The notes beneath the pieces were generated by a model. That model was given only the letters and a program-made list of their open reading frames with translations, did no database searches and was not told the origin of the DNA. From contig NC_043001.1 of assembly GCF_006345805.1 (NCBI RefSeq), positions 50,592,001-50,656,000 on the forward strand: a stretch of DNA of 64,000 bases. Reading direction: 5' to 3'. The stretch comes from Octopus sinensis. Taxonomy: Eukaryota. The translations under genes were made by a program, and so were the position numbers. This document shows positions 1-12,227 of this stretch, in pieces (the first letter of the stretch is position 1; each line of letters begins with the position of its first letter).

Positions 1-270
1 GAGAGAGAGAGCATGACATGCACGCGCGTTATTTATGCTGAGTGACCTCTCTTGCAGTGCACAGTTAAAATTGTAGAAAGCTAGGCTGATAATTAGAGTA
101 ACAGTAGAACATGTCTGGAGACGTCTCCCGTCTTTTGTTAGATAGATTAAAACAACAGCAGTCACTGGCTACATTAACCTTTTTTTTTTAATGCTCCGTA
201 TCTGAAATATGTTAACATTAACTTAAAAGTATGTCAATTTCTTTATTCACCATATAAGGTTAAGATAAAG

Positions 271-880
271 AGTATTTCGTCTGCCGTTACGTTCTGAGTT
301 CAAATTCCGCCGAGGTCGACTTTGTCTTTCGGGGTCGATAAATTAAGTACCAGTTACGCACTGGGGTCGATGTAATCGACTTAATCCGTTTGTCTGTCCT
401 TGTTTGAGATCTTTTCGGTTTGAACGGCAGTTTTTAAAAATAATTTCCACGTAACTAAACACTTTTAAACTTCGTATACTGGTAGAATGTGTTTATAAAA
501 CATCTTTTTCTCTTGGCTTTATTGAGAAAATTCTATAGTTTGTAAGATATTTGTTGTTGTTTTTTCTTCAATTTCTGCAATTTCAACCAGTCAATGACGT
601 CTATTGAGGTGAAAACATTCTGTGCCGTATGAATATGTCCCTCGTTTAAGAAACAGATTGGGTTTATTTACATTTCTGAAGAAAAAAAGATACCCTTCCC
701 CCCACCTCTAACTCTAACTAACCCTAACCCTAAAACAGATTGAAATGCAATAGATCGATACTAGGGTCATAATTATGGGAGACAATTTCATATGAAACCG
801 CTAAAAAAACTGCCGTTCAAACCAAAAAGATCCTTTGTTTGTCCCCTCTGTGTTTAGCCCCTTGTGGGTAGTAAAGAAAT
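271..880 (+). mobile_element. tRNA-derived SINE family A (5'-truncated), split by MITE at 407-833
   Basis: Matches uninterrupted copies at 24750-24980 and 43856-44097 (gttctgagttcaaattc...ggggtcgataaattaagtaccag...ttagccccttgtggg); sequence resumes after the MITE. Confidence 0.85.
407..833. mobile_element. Non-autonomous DNA transposon (MITE), Merlin-like termini, contains telomere-like TAACCC repeats
   Basis: TIR (a/g)gatcttttcggtttgaacggcag / ctgccgttcaaaccaaaaagatcc; 8-bp TSD cttgtttg/tttgtttg; same family at 32171-32444; Merlin assignment inferred from GG..CC termini and 8-bp TSD. Confidence 0.8.
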
Positions 881-1625
881 ACATATAAGGTTAAGAAAAA
901 GAGAGGATGATACGAGGACAGACAAAACAAATATTGGGGTCAAGGAGATCGAATGGGACGAACGTATGAATAAACAATTTTTAATATATACAATAAAATG
1001 CGAATGAATGATTAACAAAAGATGAAGCAGAGGACACGGTCGACCCCACAAACAACATTCTCACACTGAAGACCTTGTTTTTTTTCATTTTTTTTTTGTT
1101 CTTGCTTAAACAGGTTCTTTCACTCGCAACATACTTGTTACGGACTTCCATCTTTCATGAAACACCCTTTGCGATAGGCATTTCTTCTCCAACTTTATTT
1201 TTCGTTTCATGCGGAAAACGAAAAAGTCAATTAACCCGAGGCTGGAGCAGAAAATGCCTGTTGCAATTCCTTTCACTCTCGTCTTCCATACTACCTCCTT
1301 TGCAACAGCAACTACTGAGAAAAAACAAATCCCGCTCCTCCCTATTCAGGGAGGGCGACGGAACGATTTTAATTACAGATTCGCTCGACAGTTGTACTCT
1401 TCTCGAATGCGACAGCAGGTATTCGACATAAGCCCAGAGTTCAATGGGCTTAGCGAGCAGTCTTGAACTACCAGTTCACTATCTCAAGTTCGAAGCTTTG
1501 GGATGAATTACACTGTGTTTTATGATATTTTTAATACGATACATGTTGTTGGGAATAATATACTAGTTGTGTATGTAGCGGGAGAAGGTAAAGGGGAAAC
1601 CACTCCAACATTTCCTTTCTTAGAA

Positions 1626-1657
<32 letters not shown>

Positions 1658-1896
1658 TGAGAGTGACATGTGACTAAGTTGTTAGGGTTTTGTACTCATG
1701 ACCGTAGAATTATAATTTCGATTTATAGACTGGGCGGTGCGTTCTGTTCCTGAGTAAAACGCTTCATTTCACGTTCCTCCACTCGACTCAGCTGACACAA
1801 ATGAAAAAATCCTGCGACGGACCTGTGTCTGGTTAAGTGAAGGAATACATAAACCACAAAATCCGGGAAACCGACCTTATGATCCAATGATCCGGG

Positions 1897-1938
<42 letters not shown>

Positions 1939-1939
1939 T

Positions 1940-2285
1940 ATCTTTTACTTGTTTCAGTCACATGAGGAAATCTAGTCGAATGAATCAATCACAATACTTT
2001 GGAAATTTGTACTTATTCTATCACTCTTTGTTTTTGTTTATTTTTATCCGGGAGGTGGGGGGGTTGTCTGACAGCTAAATTACGGGGGCGTAACTTACAC
2101 AAACACCGGTTGTTAAGCAGTGTGGTGGGACAAATACAGACTCGAAGACGCGCGCACACACACGTATAATACAACGTGCTTCTTTCAGTTACCGTCTACC
2201 AAATCCCATCACAAGGTGTTTTGTAGGCCCGAGGCTGTAGTAGAAGACACTTGCCAAAAGTACCAAGTGCTGGGACTGAAACCGG
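1940..2285 (-). mobile_element. SINE family B (CORE-like), diverged
   Basis: Reverse complement of family B (tttcagttaccgtctaccaaatc...gtagaagacacttgcc). Confidence 0.75.
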
Positions 2286-2427
2286 AATCGTATGTGTGTG
2301 TGTGTGTCTCTCTACAACTTGACAACCGGTCTTGGTGTATTACGTTCCTGTAACCTAGCGGTTCAGCTAAAAGTGACCGATAATATAAGGACCAGGCTTT
2401 TAAAAAAAGTTCTGGGGTCTATTCATT

Positions 2428-3548
2428 TATAGCAAAAGCGACCGTACGTAAAGGAGTTGGTGAAAGAAATGTCTCCTTTTAAACACCGCACAGTCGCCCT
2501 TACAAAGAGTAAGTCAAATACATGGTATAAAAGAATAAGTACCAAAAGGAATAAAGAGAGACGACACAACCGGTCTACTGTTTGAGAGAAGAAAGACTTT
2601 TATTTACAGATGTGTACAATAAGAGTGTGTATGGGTGCTAGCAGAGTGTAGTGTCTGAGTGCATGCGACAAGTGTGTCTGTGTCTGTGTGTTCATGTGTG
2701 CGACAGAAGTACAAACAAGGTGTATGCATGTGAGACAGAATACAATACAGAGCATAGAATAAGTCTCTCAGAATATTTCAGATAAGATGGAGTTAATTCA
2801 CCAGTTCGTAGTGAGGTTACACAATAGTTTTCGTTCTGTAACAGGATGTTGGGGTCACAAATGCAGAATGCCAGTTGAACAATGTCATGTAGCGGTTGTA
2901 GCTTCAATGCTGTGCTGAGATTGCATTGGTACAGAAGATCTCGCAGGTAGTGCTGTGCTGTTAACCTTGGTGAATATCACAACAGCGTGTAAGCTAAACC
3001 TGAGTGAGTTGCTGTGTACGTATCGGTGTTGCTGGAGAGGAAAGCAACGGAGATGGAGATGACGTGAAGTTGAAAGACGACGATGGTGATGGTGACGGCA
3101 GAGAAAGGTGTCGTTGAGATGAAGGTGACGGTGGTGGAGAACGGTAATGGTTGAGATGATGTCGGCACTGCTGGAGCAGGAACATTGCTGGTTTGCTGGA
3201 ACTAGCTGGTCTGGTCATCGCTGGAACATGGAACTGGCTGAGTCACTCTGTGGTCAGAGGTTAGTCCTTAGAAGGACTAGAACCTAAGACGAGAAATAGT
3301 GATTTGCTAGCATGTTTTATAACAGAAGGTGGGCTCCAGGGAAAACTCAAAAATACTGTCATGGGACCTTATCTGAAGGCCGTGCTTGGTTGGCTTACAC
3401 ACTGGCGGTAAATAAGACTGCACCAAAACCAGCCAATCAGAGTAGCGGACACAACAGGGTCCTAATAGCTGAAGATGGTTGCTATCTAACACAAGATCAT
3501 TTCAAATATATCTCTCAAACAGTGAGGATATCACCAAGCCACGCTACA
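2428..3548 (-). mobile_element. Probable solo LTR (Gypsy-like) inserted in a SINE B 3' part
   Basis: Termini tatagc...gctaca (TGTAGC/GCTACA with one change); 4-bp TSD catt (2424-2427 / 3549-3552); host SINE continues on both sides; minus-strand TATA-like motif ~3320 and AATAAA ~2600. Confidence 0.7.
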
Positions 3549-3641
3549 CATTCAACTAAAAGTTCTTCAAGGCAGTGCTCCAGAATGGCTACAGTCTATT
3601 GACTGAAACAAATAAAATATATTTATATCTATATCTATATA

Positions 3642-3803
3642 CTGTATTTTAACGTGTATAAGGAACCCTTTTTTGTCAAAAATTAGCTGAAAAACATATG
3701 GGAGCTTCTTAGACATGGATAGTATTATAATACCTTACAAAACCTATTTTCAAAATTTTAAGCCCCCCAAATTGGAGGGTTCCTTTAACATGTTAAAATA
3801 CAG
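3642..3803. mobile_element. Small TA-flanked MITE (Tc1/mariner-type)
   Basis: TIR ctgtattttaacgtgtataaggaaccc / gggttcctttaacatgttaaaatacag, TA on both sides. Confidence 0.75.
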
Positions 3804-3836
<33 letters not shown>

Positions 3837-4138
3837 TTATATATATATCAGTAATAATATAGGGTGAAATTAATTAATTTGGAATAATCATTAGTTACAT
3901 CAAGTAGATTTTGGCATGTAAAAGCCTCATTCGAGGAAAGTTTAAGTAATACTAAGTAATTAAGGGTTTAGCAACGAATTGCCTCACCACACACCGTATT
4001 TAGAAATAGCAGTCAAAGAGTTATAGCTATTCTTTCTACTAAAAGGGAGATCTCAGTAAAAACACAGCACTTGAAAGGCAAACACAGACAGGTAAGAGAG
4101 AATGAAATGACGGCAATCTATCATACAATTTTAAGTCA

Positions 4139-4229
4139 CCTACGGACGTATGTTTCGAAATTAAGTTTTAGGAAAGCATAAGAATTAGATAATTATATCT
4201 TACCCAACTTCTTTTCTCATCAGCGTAGG
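4139..4229 (-). ncRNA. Type I hammerhead ribozyme motif (inverted copy)
   Basis: Minus strand: cctacg CTGATGA g...c GAAAC ATAC GTC cgtagg; 6-bp stem I. Confidence 0.75.
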
Positions 4230-4414
4230 ACACTACAATTACGAATAATTGTATATTAAATTTCGCTGGTGGGAAGGGGTTGGTGACACAAACTTTCATT
4301 CACACTTTGAATTTGGTGATACTGGTAACGGCTTTAGCTCGCTCTGATACTGAGTTGAGATGATGCCTTCTAGTATCTCGAAATTTAATATACAATTATT
4401 CGTAATTGTAGTGT

Positions 4415-4505
4415 CCTACGCTGATGAGAAAAGAAGTTGGGTAAGATATAATTATCTAATTCTTATGCTTTCCTAAAACTTAATTTCGAAACGTACGTCT
4501 GTAGG
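4415..4505 (+). ncRNA. Type I hammerhead ribozyme motif
   Basis: cctacg CTGATGA gaaaagaagtt...aacttaatttc GAAAC GTAC GTC tgtagg; palindromic minimal stem III; predicted cleavage after 4499. Confidence 0.8.
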
Positions 4506-4879
4506 TGACTTAAAATTGTATGATAGATTGCCGTCATTTCATTCTCTCTTACCTGTCTGTGTTTGCCTTTCAAGTGCTGTGTTTTTACTGAGATCTCCCT
4601 TTTAGTAGAAAGAATAGCTATAACTCTTTGACTGCTATTTCTAAATTCGGTGTGTGGTGAGGCAATTCGTTGCTAAACCCTTAATTACTTAGTATTTATA
4701 TATATATATATATATATATATAAATTAGAAAAAAACCCACCTTTTATCAATTCAATAATGAAAAATTAAATTATACCATTTAGAAAAATTGCATATTATA
4801 GAAAGATTAAATATAAGATAAGACATATAACAATGATTAAATAATGTGCAAAATAATAAATAAAACATATTTGGTAGAA

Positions 4880-4983
4880 TAACGACACGTGTTTCGTGGC
4901 TATATTTAAGAAATGATAATAGTAATAATAATAGTAGTAGTAGTAAAATCACTTCAATATAAATATAGCCACTCTTCAGGTTA
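4880..4983 (-). ncRNA. Type I hammerhead ribozyme motif, second family
   Basis: Minus strand: taac CTGAAGA gtggctatattta...taaatatagccac GAAAC ACGT GTC gtta; 13-bp stem II, 4-bp stem I. Confidence 0.8.
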
Positions 4984-5657
4984 AAGATAACAACAATAAA
5001 ATAATTAATTAGATAAATTAATAAATATGCATAAATAATCTTGTAAAATACAAAATATCTTAACAAATATATTCTTGTTTAAAAAATAAGATACAATTAA
5101 TTAAAATATTTAAAGCAAATATATATATATATACAAGATACAAAATATACATTATGTGAAAACTAAATGCTATAATTTAAACTATTTACATTAAATTAAA
5201 TTATTAATTAATTAATTTATTTATTTAATAAACATCTAAATAAAATCTTATACTCATTAAGTAATTTATATTAAAAACCTTAATGTTAAGTAATATACAT
5301 AATGTTAGTACAAGCTATAAATATTTGAATTAAAAATAGGAAATGGTCCAAATATATACACACCTATTAGATAAACTAACTATATCATTAATATACATGT
5401 AGTTAATATTTTACTCAATAACATAGTTGACCAAAATACCAATTAATATTAAACTAATTTACTTAAATGTAATACTACGTAATAAATAGGCCACCTAATT
5501 ATTAAATAATGTATTGTCTTACAAAACTAATTCTCAAATTAGATTATATGTAATATGTTAATTCACATTATAAAAATAATAATAAAGCATAATAAATAGA
5601 TAGATATACATATCATAACTAATAATTATCAAGAAATTATATATAAATTAATATTTT

Positions 5658-5690
<33 letters not shown>

Positions 5691-5714
5691 AATAATGATA
5701 ATAATAATAATAAT

Positions 5715-6152
5715 TTGCTTGTCAGTTGTTTGACCTTAACCAGTTGAGCATGCCCCTTAGTGGCTGACGATATGTGGATCTCTGATCACGAGCAGAAGTA
5801 GTGGGGGAGCATCATAGCCATGTGTTGAGAGGGATTCTTTGGGGTTTGAATAATTCACCTCTAGAAACATGGGTGGTTCTTTCAACATCCTTAAACAACC
5901 CTTATTCAGGGACCGTTTGAGCGGGATGGGCTACTCAACCTGAAGAAAATTCTAACTGGGCCTCACCTGCAAGGTCATGTGCTGTTTATCTTGATATGAG
6001 ATCACCATGTCGCGCACATATGGTTGTGATGCATGTGCCTGGTGTACCCTTATCAGACGGGTAGTCATGATGGGTATATTGGGCTTCGTATATTTTACCC
6101 CAGTGTCACTTTGATGGCATGAACTGCTCTCTCACTCAATAATAATAATAAA
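5715..6152 (+). mobile_element. Non-autonomous retroelement with (AAT)n tail, inserted in AAC/AAT microsatellite
   Basis: Homologous diverged copy near 54640-54780; ends ctcactcaataataataat. Confidence 0.55.
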
Positions 6153-6154
6153 AA

Positions 6155-6380
6155 GCTTTCTGCAGGTTGACAAAAACCAAGTACAGTGGTTTACTTTTGA
6201 CCAGTTACTTTTCTTGCATTTGTCTCACAAGGAAGATGGCATCTGTGGTACTCTTCCCAGATGCGAAACCAAGCTGCATCTTATCTAGTTTAATTCTATT
6301 CCTAATCAATTGAACTGTAACTTTCATGATCTGGTCCAACAGTTTGATACTTCTGTAGTTGTTTCTCTCTAAGGCATCAC
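6155..6380 (-). pseudogene. RTE LINE RT fragment
   Basis: NYRSIKLLDQIMK...QLGFASGKSTTDAIFLVRQMQEK. Confidence 0.85.
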
Positions 6381-6396
6381 ATACAAACACACACAC

Positions 6397-6456
<60 letters not shown>

Positions 6457-7328
6457 AATAGATAGATAGAGAGATAGATAGACAGAAAGAGAGGAAGAGA
6501 GATTAAACATGATTAGATAATGAAACTGTCATGGAAAATAAGTTAATTTAATGTTGATTAATTTAGTATTAATGAGCATTAGATACTTAGAAGGGAATAG
6601 AAAGACAACATTAACTCAATGACTAATATCTTTTTAATCATTTCAGCAAATATGTACTTGCCGAGATAGAGATGAGATAATCACTAAATTTGCTCGCATG
6701 TAGTGGAAGGATGTTTAAAAAAGAAGAATATTATTGCCGTTTATTACACATAAATGCCATACATTTTCTCATACCTGAAAGATTGTGCCTGATGACTGAG
6801 TGAAAGCTGATAGGAACTAAGTACTAGCAGTCAGGCAAATCAAAGAAGGGTAAGGAAGAGTATCAAGGTTTGTCTTGAACAGATGGTTATTCAATTATCT
6901 ACCAAGAGCCAACAAAATTGGTAAATTCATATATTATGATTCAAAGAAAATGTTTAAGTGTGTGTGTTGTGGGTGTTTGTTTATTTATTGATTTATATTA
7001 CTTTTTATGTGTGTGTGTTGTTATGATTTTTATCATTAAACTTCCGAAATGCATTTTTCTTTACTTTTTTAAGTACATTCATTCACAAAATGAACAATCC
7101 ATTAAAATTATGTAATGGTCAGACATTTGCCGTCTTCTTGAATCTATTTTACATATATATATCTGTAAATGTAATATGTGACAATTATTCAGTAGCCATG
7201 ATAAAACTACAAGTTTCGGATGTCAGGGTGAAAATCCATGCCGCCATCTCTTCAGTTATCTGGCCAAATTCCTTTATTTACATAATATTGAGGTCTCATT
7301 CATTCTTTTGTTGTCTTACCATTTCTAT

Positions 7329-7364
<36 letters not shown>

Positions 7365-7482
7365 GAAACCCCCTTCAGTCATGACACAGACCTAGAAAGT
7401 TACCCTCCCTGGCACAAGTCCGGGCATGATAGATCGTTAGCCACTACACACATTTTTTTCTCTCCTTGTTTTTTCTGTGTAC

Positions 7483-7518
7483 CTTTCTGTAGAAGAGTGT
7501 AGGCTCGAAACATAAAAG
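7483..7518 (+). ncRNA. Minimal HHR-like motif with CUGUNGA core variant
   Basis: cttt CTGTAGA A GAGT GTAG GCTC GAAAC ATA aaag; paralog of 17059-17096. Confidence 0.45.
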
Positions 7519-7600
7519 AAAAACATGCAGAAAACAAGGTAAAACACAAAAAGAATGGGTCATGCTCAATCACTCATCAGTTATCAACCAAAAAATCCTC

Positions 7601-7634
<34 letters not shown>

Positions 7635-7969
7635 ATGTTACCAGTCCACCACAACAGAATTCAGATCCTAAAACCAAGGTGTCACATAAAAAGCATTGGT
7701 GTAGGTGTTGGTACCACATAAAAAAAGCATTAGTGATCATTGGTATTAGGAAGGGCATCCAGCCATAGGAACCAAGCCAAAGAGACTATGAAACCTGGTG
7801 TGACCCCTGGCCTTGCCAGTTCATGTTAAGTTGTCCAAATTATGTCAGCATGGAAAAACAGGCATTAAATATTGATAATGATGGTGATATATCTATATAT
7901 AGAATATATGTGAAGTTTTTGTCAAATGACGCAATGTAATATGTATGTACTGTCAGTGCTCAGTTTAGT

Positions 7970-9290
7970 TTACTACTAAACCTCTAGCTTGAACTGCAAC
8001 TGAAATATGTGGTGTTGAGACTGCCAATCAAAGGTGGCTAGAAGTGATTTTTCCTTGAACTGATGGATATATCTTGAAATAAAAAATGGAAAAGCACAAC
8101 ATTTGGCATCACTTGAAAAAGATCCAATTAGTTTAGAGAGAGAATACAGACATATAGAGTCTCCTACAGCTGTTTCTAGAAAAGCAAAGCATGTGAATCG
8201 TGATATTGAGTAAGGATTCCGTAATCTGAATATTCCATCCTCAGAGAGGGAGAAGTCAGAGAAATGTAAAAATGAAGAAATATCTCCAATCATGGATATC
8301 AGTATAGTCCAGTTTGTCAAAAATGAAGGAAGGATCAGAGTAAAATAGTTATATGTTATGCAGTTCCGTGATCAAATAAATAATGAAGTTACAGGTAAGA
8401 TCCATTATCGGTTTCAAATGAGAATGTTCCAATGATAATCCATAGCAAGGAATAGTGGAAGTTATCAGTTTCATTTTTGAACAAAGAGTGAATGAGAGTT
8501 GAGCAGGAATAGTTAACTATAATGTGGAGGAAAGACAGAATGATAGATATACTGAAGTATATATATATATATATATGCTTGTGGAAACAGGTCAGGGGCT
8601 GCATATCATAGACAGATAGATAAAGGGATGAGGAATAGCAAATATCAGATACTTTCATCCTGTAGCTGGCTACTAGCGCTGGCCACAGTAAGGTGGCAAG
8701 AGTTGGAGGGAAGGGATTAGGATAGTAATATAGTGGCTGTAAAAGATAATGAAGATCTCAAATTATAGTGAGCATGATATTACTAGAGTTGAGTGGGGAT
8801 TTAGGATTCATTTGGTTATAATGGTGCTAGAAATAGATACCTATAATATTAATCAAAATTTTAAAATTTGTAGTGTTAATGAACGTGTATACTCGTAGGG
8901 AATTGAAAAATATTAAAAAAAAATTTAAAGATGAAAAAAAAAACAAAACAAAATACAAGTTATTTATTTATTATGTTTAAGTTTGATGAAATTATAGCCT
9001 CCAGGAATGAAGGATGTATAGTGCTAAATGGACAATGGAAACTAGATATCATATAAGTAAAGTAGAGATAAAGATCTGGAAAGTTAAATTAATTGTATAC
9101 ATTTTATTACTCAGTGTATAACTGCAAACCATAAGAAAGAAGGCTTATTGATGTTATATTAATAATGAGAGTGTTGTAACTGAAAGGATATTCGATTAGT
9201 TATAATCCATGTGGGACACGTTAAATATGAATTAATGGAAAGAATGAAGATCTATAAAAAAGTGGTAAAAGGATATGATGATACTGTAGG
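7970..9290 (-). pseudogene. Highly decayed LINE-like (L1/Tx1?) relic; 8760-9290 has an inverted diverged paralog at ~13690-14230
   Basis: Faint RT-like spacing in minus frames; direct similarity gatctggaaagttaaattaatt...gaaaggatattc to the reverse complement of the 13.7-13.9 kb region. Confidence 0.35.
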
Positions 9291-9295
9291 TATCT

Positions 9296-9708
9296 CTCTT
9301 TTATTTCTCTTTTACTTGTTTCAGTCATTTGACTGCGGCCATGCTGGAGCACCGCCTTTAATCGAGCAACTCGACCCCGGGACTTATTCTTTGTAAGCCC
9401 AGTACTTATTCTATCGGTCTCTTTTTTGCCGAACCGCAAAGTGACGGGGACGTAAACACACCAGCATCGGTTGTCAAGCGATGCTAGGGGGACAAACACA
9501 GACACACAAACACACACATATATATATATATATATACATATATACGACAGGCTTCTTTCAGTTTCCGTCTACCAAATCCACTCACAAGGCATTGGTCGGC
9601 CCGGGGCTTTAGCAGAAGACACTTGCCCAAGATGCCACGCAGTGGGACTGAACCCGGAACCATGTGGTTGGTTAGCAAGCTACTTACCACACAGGCACTC
9701 CTGCGCCT
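9296..9708 (-). mobile_element. SINE family B, full length
   Basis: tRNA-like head (ggagtgcctgtgtggtaag...gggttcagtccc), cttgggcaagt core, internal TA/CA tract, gaaacaagtaaaagag tail. Confidence 0.9.
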
Positions 9709-9714
9709 ATTATT

Positions 9715-10330
9715 AGAATTTCTAATCTGTCCCCAAAGGAGGAAATATTCAATAACCATGCAATGTATTATAATCAAACACTTACTGCAAGTTACTTCTT
9801 GCAAAAAGTAAAATTCTTGCCTAATATTAAGCTTAAGAACTATCTAGCTCACTTACATCCTAATTCTACACATCCCAAGACCACGAATAAGACATTCCCA
9901 ACAGTAAATAGGAACAATGCACCTATTGCTCTAAACCTTAAAAAGCAACAAATCTAACTGTCTTTCCCACACCCCAAAAATATTCATACAAAATATATTC
10001 CTATACATAGAATGGTGTCCCTAATACTCACTAAACTCTGCATGTCCCAGATTACCTAATAAAAGTCGAGGGAAAACACTACTTTGGTTTACCATCCACC
10101 TTTACCTTAAATGTTAAGGGCCTACCTACCTGAGGAATTCTTTGCCCTTATCAAATTTAATTTCCCACCCCACCACAAGTACCACTCTATCTTTAATTGA
10201 TCTACCCATAAATTATTCTATTCCTTAGTACTTAACATAGAATCCATCATAACCATATCTAAAAAGCACAAGCTTTATAGACATCACCCACCAAACACTA
10301 CTAAGAAGTATCATAAATATAATAATAATA
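9715..10330 (+). pseudogene. Penelope-like element RT-thumb/linker relic
   Basis: RISNLSPKEEIFNNHAMYYNQTLTASY and EFFALIKFNFPPHHKYHSIFN*STHKLFYSLVLNIESII match the PLE pattern RIS.LS....F......YN.AL..SG ... F..L....FP..HK.H.IFN..T.K.SYS...N...II. Confidence 0.7.
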
Positions 10331-10485
10331 GGGCTGATTACAATAAGGACAATAGTAATGATTATAGTAATAATAATAGTAATAATAATAATAATGATGA
10401 TGATGATGATGATGATGATAATAATAATAATGATGATGATGATGATGATGATGATAAAAAAAACATAACTTTCGGTTTTTTTTTT

Positions 10486-10677
10486 TTAGGCATTCACTAG
10501 TACAACACTAAATACAAAACCAAATATATGGCACACTAGACATAACAACAATACGAACTTCCAACCTGTTGCCTCTTGAGGTCTCTGGGTGAGACTTGGA
10601 GCCAACTTGTACAAATATAAAGCAAAAGTCAAACATAGAATATTAATAATAATAATGATAATAATAATGATAATAAT

Positions 10678-10730
<53 letters not shown>
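10486..10730 (+). mobile_element. 3' end of (AAT)n-tailed non-LTR element in an AAT/GAT microsatellite
   Basis: Short unique segment flanked by trinucleotide tracts and ending in long (AAT)n, as for R4/Dong-type elements. Confidence 0.45.
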
Positions 10731-10733
<3 letters not shown>

Positions 10734-10789
10734 AAACGTTCAGAAAAATACATAGCAAAAACACTAGGACTTACAAGTATGTATTGGGG

Positions 10790-11102
10790 AACCATGGGAT
10801 TGCACCTATAAAATTACCCTTTGAGGCACAAGTCTGGGCAAGGTTGTTTATGGAAGACTAGCAATCACCCATGCATATCAGCCTCCCCTCTTCATGCCAC
10901 CGATGTCATCCAAGGGAAAGGCAAAGGCCGATACAGCTTGGCATCAGTGATGTCACAACCCATTTCTGCAGCTGAGTGAACTGAAGCAATGTGAAATAAA
11001 GTGTCTTGCTCAAGAACACAACAAGCAGCCCAGTCCAGGATTTGAACTCCCAACCTCACAGTCAAGTTCAACGCGCTAACCACTGAGCCATGTGCCTTCA
11101 CT
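10790..11102 (-). mobile_element. tRNA-derived SINE family C
   Basis: gtgaaggcacatggctcagtggttag...cttgagcaagacactttatttcac; other copies near 25925-26172, 27350-27675, 51430-51750, 52530-52875, 56922-57180, 58445-58752, 59095-59340, 62420-62635. Confidence 0.85.
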
Positions 11103-11304
11103 ATACAAGTATATATAACATACAGAAATTAGCAATACTAGGCACCGCACACATCTTATGTAAAACTCTTTCAATACAGTGAAAATAAGAATACCACAAA
11201 AAACCACAGCACATTCCCAAGACACACAGAGCTGCGCTTGGTAGAGCAGTGTAAGCATGGGATAAAAATAAAATTACTAAATAATAATAATAATAAAAAT
11301 AACA

Positions 11305-11505
11305 ACAATCCTTTCTAATTTGAGGGAAGGGATTAAGTCGATTGCATCGGTCCCAGTACACAACTGGTACTTAATTTATCAACCCCGAAAGAATGAAAGG
11401 CAAAGTCGACCTCGGTGGAATTTGAACTCAGAATGTAGCTATGGGCGAAGTACCGCTAAGTATTTCGTCCAGTGCGCTAACAATTCTGCCAGCTTGCCGC
11501 CTTAG
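11305..11505 (-). mobile_element. SINE family A followed by AAT/GTA low-complexity tract (to ~11830)
   Basis: Reverse complement of the family A head and central domain. Confidence 0.8.
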
Positions 11506-11758
11506 CAATAATAATGATAATAATAATAATAATAGTAATAATAATAATAATAATAATAATATAATAATAATAATAATAATAATTACAACAGATATAATTA
11601 AAATATTACTATTAATCCTAATAACAGAAATGATAATAACAATTAGAATACAAACATTAATGAGAATACTACAGGCAATGGTGCTACTATTAATACTAAT
11701 AGCTGTCATGATAATAATAATAGTAATAATAGCATGAATAATAGCACTAATAATATTT

Positions 11759-11797
<39 letters not shown>

Positions 11798-12227
11798 ACA
11801 ACATCAGTAGTACCAATTATGATAATACCACAAACCGCTAGAATAACACTGCACTTACTCTCTCCCATGAGTCAGGAAGATCTATGCTTTCAATTTCCAA
11901 TACCTACAATAACAGCACAAATGATATTGAAAACGATGAATATGTGGAGATCAGACTGAATTCACTTAGTGGAAAAACTCCTAAAGCAAATAGATCCAAA
12001 TGCAACTCCAAAGTTAGGAATAAATGGCTACTGCAGAAGGTTTAATGTGGTTTATAAGTGCATGGTCCTTAATAAACTGCAAAACTCTACCAAGACTTAT
12101 ATTGGAGCTACTATTAATTTTAAATGATACTCTGTGCTATTATACTCTGTGCATTTAAGCTCATTTAAATATGAAAAACATAGCAGATCTCTCACAGAGC
12201 ATATACACTATTTAAGGAAAAAGAACA

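Larger units (their letters stand above)
3849..4696. mobile_element. (TA)n-flanked inverted-repeat element, PLE pLTR/retrozyme-like, with two HHRs
   Basis: ~318-bp arms 3948-4265 and 4379-4696 are near-perfect reverse complements; homologous to the 46146-48200 unit. Confidence 0.85.

Noticed and set aside
1109-1211. Minus-strand MKRKIKLEKK...RVFHERW resembling a hAT transposase N-terminus
   Set aside because: Only 34 codons, no downstream zinc finger or TIR; likely chance
9221-9811. Recurring ORFs such as YDGLLSVSVYQIHSQG / RASFSFRLPNPLTRLW as a gene family
   Set aside because: They are translations of SINE family B copies
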